A DNA stretch of 64,000 bases from positions 1,088,001-1,152,000 of the forward strand of contig CBDAOI010000003.1 in assembly GCA_965198005.1 (NCBI GenBank), given 5' to 3'. The notes under the pieces were generated by a model. It had not been told where the DNA came from. It made no database searches and saw nothing but the letters and a program-made list of their open reading frames with translations. The first letter of the stretch is position 1; every line of letters starts with the position of its first letter. The DNA is from Spirochaetia bacterium (lineage in GTDB: Bacteria; Spirochaetota; Spirochaetia; SZUA-6; Bin103). A program made the position numbers and the translations under genes. Positions 58,415-64,000 of this stretch are shown here, piece by piece.

Positions 58415-59704
58415 ATGCCGCCTGTAGCACGGGTCAAGGGAACGCAGGACTTCTATCCGGACGCCTGGGCGCAGCAGATCGCCCTGCGCGAAATCATGCT
58501 GGCCGCCGGCCGCGGGTACGGATATCGGGAGTATGAGGGCCCCGCCATCGAGTACCTCGATCTCTACCTGGGCAAGAGCAGCGAAGAGATCGTTAGCCAG
58601 CAGACGTTCCGCATTCAGGACCGTGACGGCAAGGCGCTGCTGTTGCGGCCCGAGCTGACGCCCACGCTGGCACGGATGATCGCCGCCCGCGAACGCGAGC
58701 TCACGATGCCGGCGCGCTGGCAGTCGTTCGGCCAGTTCTTTCGCTACGAACGCCCGCAACGCGGCCGCGGACGCTCCTTTTTTCAGTGGAACGTCGACCT
58801 GCTCGGCAGCGAGAGCGCGGTCGCCGACGCCGAGGTGATCCAGGTCGCGTGCGCACTGTTCCATGCCCTCGGGCTCGGGCCCGACGAGGTGCAGATCAGA
58901 ATCAACGACCGCGCCGCCCTGGAGCACGACCTCACCGGCGCTCTGGGCGTGGCCGACTCTCAGGTGCGCGGTGTCCTGCAGGTGATCGACCGGCTGGACA
59001 AGGTGGGTGCGGATCGGGCCCGCGGCCAACTGGTGGAACTTGGGCTGGGCGCGGGTCAGGCCGGCGAGCTGGTGGAGTTGGTCGGCGCTCCCGTTACCGA
59101 ACCTTCGCCGCGGCTGGCGACCATCGTCGAGCAACTCGGTATCGCCGGCCAGGCGGGATACGTACGCCTCGACCGCGCCATCGTGCGCGGCTTCGACTAC
59201 TACACCAGCACGGTGTTCGAGGCGTGGGCCGCCGGCGATCTTCGGCGCGCGATCTTCGGCGGCGGACGGTACGACGACCTGACCCGGCAGGTGGGCGGCA
59301 AGCAGCGCATCCCCGGCGTCGGCATGGCGGTGGGTGATCTGGCGCTGCTTGAATTGCTGCGGGCGGTGGGGCGCGTTCCGGCGCCGGCGGAATGCGGGCC
59401 GGCGGCGGTCGTGACCGTGTTTGACGCCGAGTTGCAGCCGGTCTCGGCGCGCACTGCCGAGGCGCTGCGCCGGCACGGCGTCGCGGTCGAATTGTGCCTC
59501 GACGCCGGTCAGCGCCTCGACCGCCAGTTGAAACACGCAGACCGGGTAGGGGCTCGCTACGCGCTGATAATCGGCCCTGACGAGGCGGCCGCCGGTACGG
59601 TAATGGTCAAGGACTTGCGGCGCCGAACCCAGGAGCGGTATCCGGCGGCGGCTCCCGATGCGCTCACCCGGGTGGCGGCGCGCCTGCGAGAGGACGCGCC
59701 GTAG
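58415..59704 (+). CDS. hisS: Histidine--tRNA ligase
   Basis: VKGTQDFYP, LRPELTPTLAR, FRYERPQRGR, VRGFDYYT, GGGRYD; start is 58415 or 58403. Confidence 0.96.
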   Translation: MPPVARVKGTQDFYPDAWAQQIALREIMLAAGRGYGYREYEGPAIEYLDLYLGKSSEEIVSQQTFRIQDRDGKALLLRPELTPTLARMIAARERELTMPARWQSFGQFFRYERPQRGRGRSFFQWNVDLLGSESAVADAEVIQVACALFHALGLGPDEVQIRINDRAALEHDLTGALGVADSQVRGVLQVIDRLDKVGADRARGQLVELGLGAGQAGELVELVGAPVTEPSPRLATIVEQLGIAGQAGYVRLDRAIVRGFDYYTSTVFEAWAAGDLRRAIFGGGRYDDLTRQVGGKQRIPGVGMAVGDLALLELLRAVGRVPAPAECGPAAVVTVFDAELQPVSARTAEALRRHGVAVELCLDAGQRLDRQLKHADRVGARYALIIGPDEAAAGTVMVKDLRRRTQERYPAAAPDALTRVAARLREDAP

Positions 59705-59841
59705 CGTGACGACCTCGAGCTGTGCGCGCCGTGCGCGCGCCCGGTTGTCAAGGTTCGCGGTCTCGCCTACCATACGCTGAAATACGGTCGGAACACGGCA
59801 GATGAACGGCCGGCTGCGATGCTGGCTTTCCCTACGAACCA

Positions 59842-60900
59842 TTGCTCAAGCGCTATCGCAAATCCGAGGGCGGCGTTACCCGCGCCACCGCCCTCGTCTA
59901 TCTCCCCGCCGAGCACGGCATCCGCAGTGAGGCAATCGACCCTGCGGCGGTCGCGATCTGCCAGCGTCTGGCGCGCGGCGGCCATGAGGCGTACATCGTC
60001 GGCGGGGCTCTGCGCGACCTGCTCGCCGGCCGCACCCCCAAGGACTTCGACATTGCCACCAGCGCGCGGCCCCGCCAGGTGGGCACCCTGTTCCGCCGCG
60101 CACGCGTGATCGGCCGCCGGTTCAAGCTGGCGCACGTGGCGTCCGGCCCTCGGGTGTACGAGGTGGCGACCTTTCGCTGCGCGGACCGCCTCACCTCCAA
60201 TCGCTACGGAACGCTGGATCAGGACGCGTTCCGGCGTGACTTCAGCTGCAACGCGCTCTACTACGCGCCGCGCTCGGAACGGCTGATCGACTACGTGGGT
60301 GGAGTCGAGGACATCCGCGGTCGCATCCTGCGCACGCTGGGCGCGCCCGAGGGGTCGTTCGTCGAAGATCCGGTGCGGATGATCCGCGCGGTGAAGTACG
60401 CGCAGCTCACCGGCTTCGTGCTCGCCGGCGAGTACCGCATGCTGATCGGCCGCCACGGCGACCGCCTGCGCGAATGCTCGGCGGAGCGGTTGACCGAGGA
60501 GTTGCTCAAGATCCTGGGGTCCGGCCAGGCGTGCGGGATTCTCGAGCTGGCGCACAAGGTCGGGCTGTTGGCCGCGTTGCTGCCGCAGCTTGCGCGCTCC
60601 ATCGGGCCGCGCGTGACGGACACCGAGCTTGGCCGGCGCCTGGCGCATCTGGACCAGGAAGTGGGCGATGGCCGGTTGGCCGGCCGCGCGCTGCGCACGC
60701 TCATGTTCTGGGGCATACTGGCCGACGCCGCGGCGGCCGACACCCGCTGGCAGCACGCGGAGCAGCCCACGACCGCGCTGGCGCAGCAGCTCCGGCAGGC
60801 GCTGGAGCCGCTGGTCCTGCCCCAGCTCGATGCGCTGCGGGTGGCGGAACGGATCGTCCGAGGCGCCGTTTCCGCACCGGCCGCGCGGGATTCCGACTGA
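59842..60900 (+). CDS. pcnB: Poly(A) polymerase I
   Basis: VGGALRDLL...PKDFDIAT, PAP-type signature VIGRRFKLAHV, RRDFSCNAL, EDPVRMIR. Confidence 0.88.
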   Translation: MLKRYRKSEGGVTRATALVYLPAEHGIRSEAIDPAAVAICQRLARGGHEAYIVGGALRDLLAGRTPKDFDIATSARPRQVGTLFRRARVIGRRFKLAHVASGPRVYEVATFRCADRLTSNRYGTLDQDAFRRDFSCNALYYAPRSERLIDYVGGVEDIRGRILRTLGAPEGSFVEDPVRMIRAVKYAQLTGFVLAGEYRMLIGRHGDRLRECSAERLTEELLKILGSGQACGILELAHKVGLLAALLPQLARSIGPRVTDTELGRRLAHLDQEVGDGRLAGRALRTLMFWGILADAAAADTRWQHAEQPTTALAQQLRQALEPLVLPQLDALRVAERIVRGAVSAPAARDSD

Positions 60901-60922
60901 CGCGCGCCGCGCCGGCCGCCGC

Positions 60923-61945
60923 CTACCGGTCGTGGTCCCCGGGGGTGCGGCGGCGGCGCCCCGGACGGGCTCGATGCCAAAGCGCGCGCAGCCGGCGCTG
61001 GGCAATCTCGGGCGCGGTCGCCGCGGTCGCCGCCGCCGGCTCGGGCCGGTCGGCCCCGGCGGAGTCGGGCGCGCCGGGGCGCGGTCCGACGTCTCCCACC
61101 GTGATCGACACCGTGGTGACCATCAGGCCCGAGAACCGTTCGACGCTGGAGATGATGTAGTCGCGCAGTTGGTGCAGGCGCCCTGCCACGGGCGTGTTGA
61201 ACGGCACCCGCAGCACCACCTCGAGCGCCGGCTGGCGCATGTTGCCCACCACCAGCAGCCGCTCGACGTGCAGCGCCGGATCGAATTCCTCGACGCAGTG
61301 GAACACCATCTGCGTCAGCGCCCCCTCGGTCACGGTCACCTGGCCACGCTGCTCGAAGTCGGGACTGACCACGGTCTTTTCGAATACGCGGCCGCGCTGG
61401 CGCAGAATGTTGCGCCGCAGGAAGATCTTGATCGAGTCGATCACGATGTTCGGATAGTCCCGCTTCACCTCGATCGGCGGCACCGGAATAATGTGCCGCC
61501 CCAGCATCCGGCGCGATTGCAGCGCTGCCTCGATCTCCTCGCGGGTCGCTACCTCCTCGATATTGATCACCCGCCCCGGCGCCGGCAGGATGAGGCGTTC
61601 GGCGATCCGCAGCGCCATCCGTTCCGAGGTCGCCAGGATCAGGATGCGCCGCGAGCGGGTGCGGTCGAGCACGCGCCGGACTTCACGCGCATGGGTGGTA
61701 TCGTGGAACACGGCCTTCTTGACCGCTTCCATTCTCCCGGTTTCGCGTTTGGCGGAGCGTCCGGCCAGGATCTTCTGCCCCTGAATCAACAGGCCGTCGT
61801 CGATGATCGCTTCGATCTCGTACTTTTCGGCGATCAGTTGGGCGCGAAAGCTCTTGCCGGTGCCGCTCTTGCCCACCAAGGCCATTACTTGGACTCCGCG
61901 CACCATCCACAGCATCGTGTACAGCATGCGGCGCGGTCTGATCAC
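60923..61945 (-). CDS. Conserved P-loop protein with C-terminal Asp23/Gls24-like region
   Basis: ALVGKSGTGKSFRA, IIDDGLLI, LAGRSAK, GRHIIPVP, EKTVV.P. Confidence 0.75.
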   Translation of the reverse strand: MIRPRRMLYTMLWMVRGVQVMALVGKSGTGKSFRAQLIAEKYEIEAIIDDGLLIQGQKILAGRSAKRETGRMEAVKKAVFHDTTHAREVRRVLDRTRSRRILILATSERMALRIAERLILPAPGRVINIEEVATREEIEAALQSRRMLGRHIIPVPPIEVKRDYPNIVIDSIKIFLRRNILRQRGRVFEKTVVSPDFEQRGQVTVTEGALTQMVFHCVEEFDPALHVERLLVVGNMRQPALEVVLRVPFNTPVAGRLHQLRDYIISSVERFSGLMVTTVSITVGDVGPRPGAPDSAGADRPEPAAATAATAPEIAQRRLRALWHRARPGRRRRTPGDHDR

Positions 61946-62997
61946 GGCGCGGACCTCCCGGCGGCCGGCGTACGGTCCGGCGTATCCAGCCGGGCGCGGA
62001 CGGCGGCTTCAGCCCGGCGCGCGCTGCCGGGTCCGAAGCGCGCGTCGATGACGCGCCGCGCCGCGGGCGGCAATGGGGCGACCACCGCCGCCGGTGCCGG
62101 CAGCCGGTCGTTGCGGATCGCCGCGGCGTGCAGCAGCGGCAGCGCAGGACCGGCCGGCCCGGTGCGACTGCCGTAGCGCCGGTCGCCGAGCAGCGGGTGG
62201 CCGCGCAGGGCGGCCTGCGCGCGAATCTGATGCCGCCGGCCGGTGAACAACTGCACCAGCAGCAGGCTGACCGGGCCGTCGGACGGACCGGCAGCGGGCG
62301 CGACCGCCAGGGTCCAGGTGCTGGCGTACGCCGGCTTGGGGCCCGCGCCGGTGGCGCCAGGGCGGCCGGCGGGGGCCCGAATGGCACGCGCACGGCGCCG
62401 GTCGTACTCCAGGGTATCGACCCACGGCGCACCGTCCGCTGATCCGCCGGCGTCGCCCTCGACCAGGGCGAGGTACAGTTTCACGACCTGCCCGCCCCGG
62501 AGGGCGGCCGACCACCGGCGGGCGCCGTCCAGGGTTTCCGCGATCACCAGCGCGCCGGTGGTAATCCGGTCGAGTTGATGTACCGGACCCGGCGTGAAGC
62601 TCAGGGAGCGGCCGGCCGGGGCCCGGGTGGGGAGCAGCCGCGCCAGCACCGAATCCGGGCCGCCATGGACCGGCAACCCGGCCGGCTTGTCGATCACCAT
62701 CACTCCGTCGCCTCGGAACAGAATCGCGGGGAGGTCCCCGGCCGCAGGGCGGTCGTCCGTTTCCCGTATGGCCCGCGCCAACGCTGCGCAGACCCAGATC
62801 AGGTCGGCCTCGCGGGTGCGGGTAGCCGGCGCCACGCGCGCGCCGTTTACCCGGATGTCGCCCGCGCGCAGCGCCCGGTAGAGACGGGCCAGCGGAACCT
62901 GGGGCAGCAGCCTCCGCACCACCCGGTCCACCCGTCGATCAATATCGTCGCCGCGTATGCGAAACGACGCGGAGGCGGGATGCGGTAAACCGGGCAC
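61942..62997 (-). CDS. RluA/RluC-family pseudouridine synthase
   Basis: S4 domain (RRVDRVVR...LRAGDIRVNG), DKPAGLPVH, HQLDRITTG, TGRRHQIR, GDRRYG. Confidence 0.9.
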   Translation of the reverse strand: MPGLPHPASASFRIRGDDIDRRVDRVVRRLLPQVPLARLYRALRAGDIRVNGARVAPATRTREADLIWVCAALARAIRETDDRPAAGDLPAILFRGDGVMVIDKPAGLPVHGGPDSVLARLLPTRAPAGRSLSFTPGPVHQLDRITTGALVIAETLDGARRWSAALRGGQVVKLYLALVEGDAGGSADGAPWVDTLEYDRRRARAIRAPAGRPGATGAGPKPAYASTWTLAVAPAAGPSDGPVSLLLVQLFTGRRHQIRAQAALRGHPLLGDRRYGSRTGPAGPALPLLHAAAIRNDRLPAPAAVVAPLPPAARRVIDARFGPGSARRAEAAVRARLDTPDRTPAAGRSAP

Positions 62998-63157
62998 GAC
63001 GCAACGGTAACCCCGTCGGTTTTTCGCTGTCAACGGCGCCGGGGCCGGCCGGCCGGGTGCTGGCCGGCTGCATCGCTTCCCAAACGAGCGCTTATCGTTC
63101 ACCAATAGTAACTACTCAAGCGCTAGCGGGTTCGGGTATGCGTCCCGGGGAGGTCAC

Positions 63158-64000
63158 ATGCGGCACCTGGCCGCGGCAGCGCTCGCCGCGGTAGCGGTTG
63201 CGGCCGCCGGCCACTGGCTGGCCGGCCGCGGCGAACTTGCCGCTGCCGTGCAACACTGGCCGGGCTACTACACCGTCATCATCGAGTCCGGCGGTTCGAC
63301 CGCCGGCGACATTCAGATCCGCGGGAGTCGGACCGCCGGCAGCCGTGACCGTATCCTGGCGGCCAATCTCGGGCCCGTGGTGGCGGCCCATACCAGCCGG
63401 GTGCGCGTGACCACGTTCGGCGGCCTCGAATGGGTGGCGGTCCCCGATCTGGCGTCGCGGCTGGACCAGCTCGACCCGCGCTTCGACCCCTACCTGCGGG
63501 AGTTGCCGGCGTGGTTCGCCGCGCGTTCGGCCGGCGGGGCTGCGCAGGAACTGGTCTATGTACGCAGCGCGCTGCCCCCGGCGCTGTTCGGCGCGCGGTT
63601 GGCCGCGGCGCTGCACCCGGTGCGGTGGCGTCCGCCGTTCGCTACCGCGGGCAATTCCGGCGCGGCGGCGGAACCGGCGGCGGCGGAACCGGCGGCGGCC
63701 GAACCGGCGCCGCGCGAGCACGGTGAACGGGTCTATCTGGCGGAGCTGGACGGGGCACGCGTGCTGGCGGCGCTGCTGCTGTTCGGCGTGGGCGCGGTCA
63801 CGGCTACGCAGCCGCGCCGGTCGCGGCTGCCGCGCTGGTGGCGGCTGCCGCAGGCGGTGCCGTGGGCGTTCCTGATTCTGAATGGCGGCCTGCCGGCGGC
63901 GCTGGTCGGACTGCCGGTGTACGCCGGTGGCGTCTGGCTGGCCGAGCGCCACCGCGGCGCCGGCCTGCTGGCGGACCTGACCACCGCGGTCGCGGTACTG
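63158..64000 (+). CDS. Hypothetical membrane protein, 3'-partial (not in the ORF track)
   Basis: GGAGG RBS, ATG 63158, MRHLAAAALAAVAV...WPGYYTV...DPRFDPYL; AAAEP x3 repeat near 63660-63707; appears open to the window end. Confidence 0.65.
   Translation, partial: MRHLAAAALAAVAVAAAGHWLAGRGELAAAVQHWPGYYTVIIESGGSTAGDIQIRGSRTAGSRDRILAANLGPVVAAHTSRVRVTTFGGLEWVAVPDLASRLDQLDPRFDPYLRELPAWFAARSAGGAAQELVYVRSALPPALFGARLAAALHPVRWRPPFATAGNSGAAAEPAAAEPAAAEPAPREHGERVYLAELDGARVLAALLLFGVGAVTATQPRRSRLPRWWRLPQAVPWAFLILNGGLPAALVGLPVYAGGVWLAERHRGAGLLADLTTAVAVL

Overview
High-GC bacterial chromosome segment, most likely from a Spirochaetota genome. The inference rests on gene order resembling Borrelia/Treponema loci (glyQS-tyrS; rpsT-hbb-lnt-rho; rplU-rpmA-obgE-nadD-LCP-rsfS-spoVG-rplY-pth-tilS-ftsH; pcnB plus a conserved ATPase). 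Positions 1-~29.9 kb and ~57.2-64 kb hold housekeeping genes and four tRNAs (Leu-UAA, Gln-UUG, Asp-GUC, Pro-CGG). From ~29.9 to 35.6 kb lie an atypical ClpX-like ATPase, coaE and a wHTH-regulated ABC exporter operon. From ~35.7 to 57.1 kb is a mosaic, decaying accessory/defence island. It contains several toxin-antitoxin loci in which the toxin is usually truncated or missing (only hicAB is intact), a Uma2 nuclease, an IS3 remnant and many gene fragments. It also holds a Type IIG restriction-modification gene followed by two divergent copies of its own C-terminal region. The most striking element is a bacterial ubiquitination-like operon: a Ser-type E2, a JAB-E1 fusion split by a 1-nt frameshift, a Cys/His-rich DUF6527-like protein and a truncated Clp-fold protease. 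Its ubiquitin-like gene appears to survive only as a 'TINPG' C-terminal stub. No CRISPR array or rRNA was seen. All family assignments come from motif recognition by eye; no searches were run.
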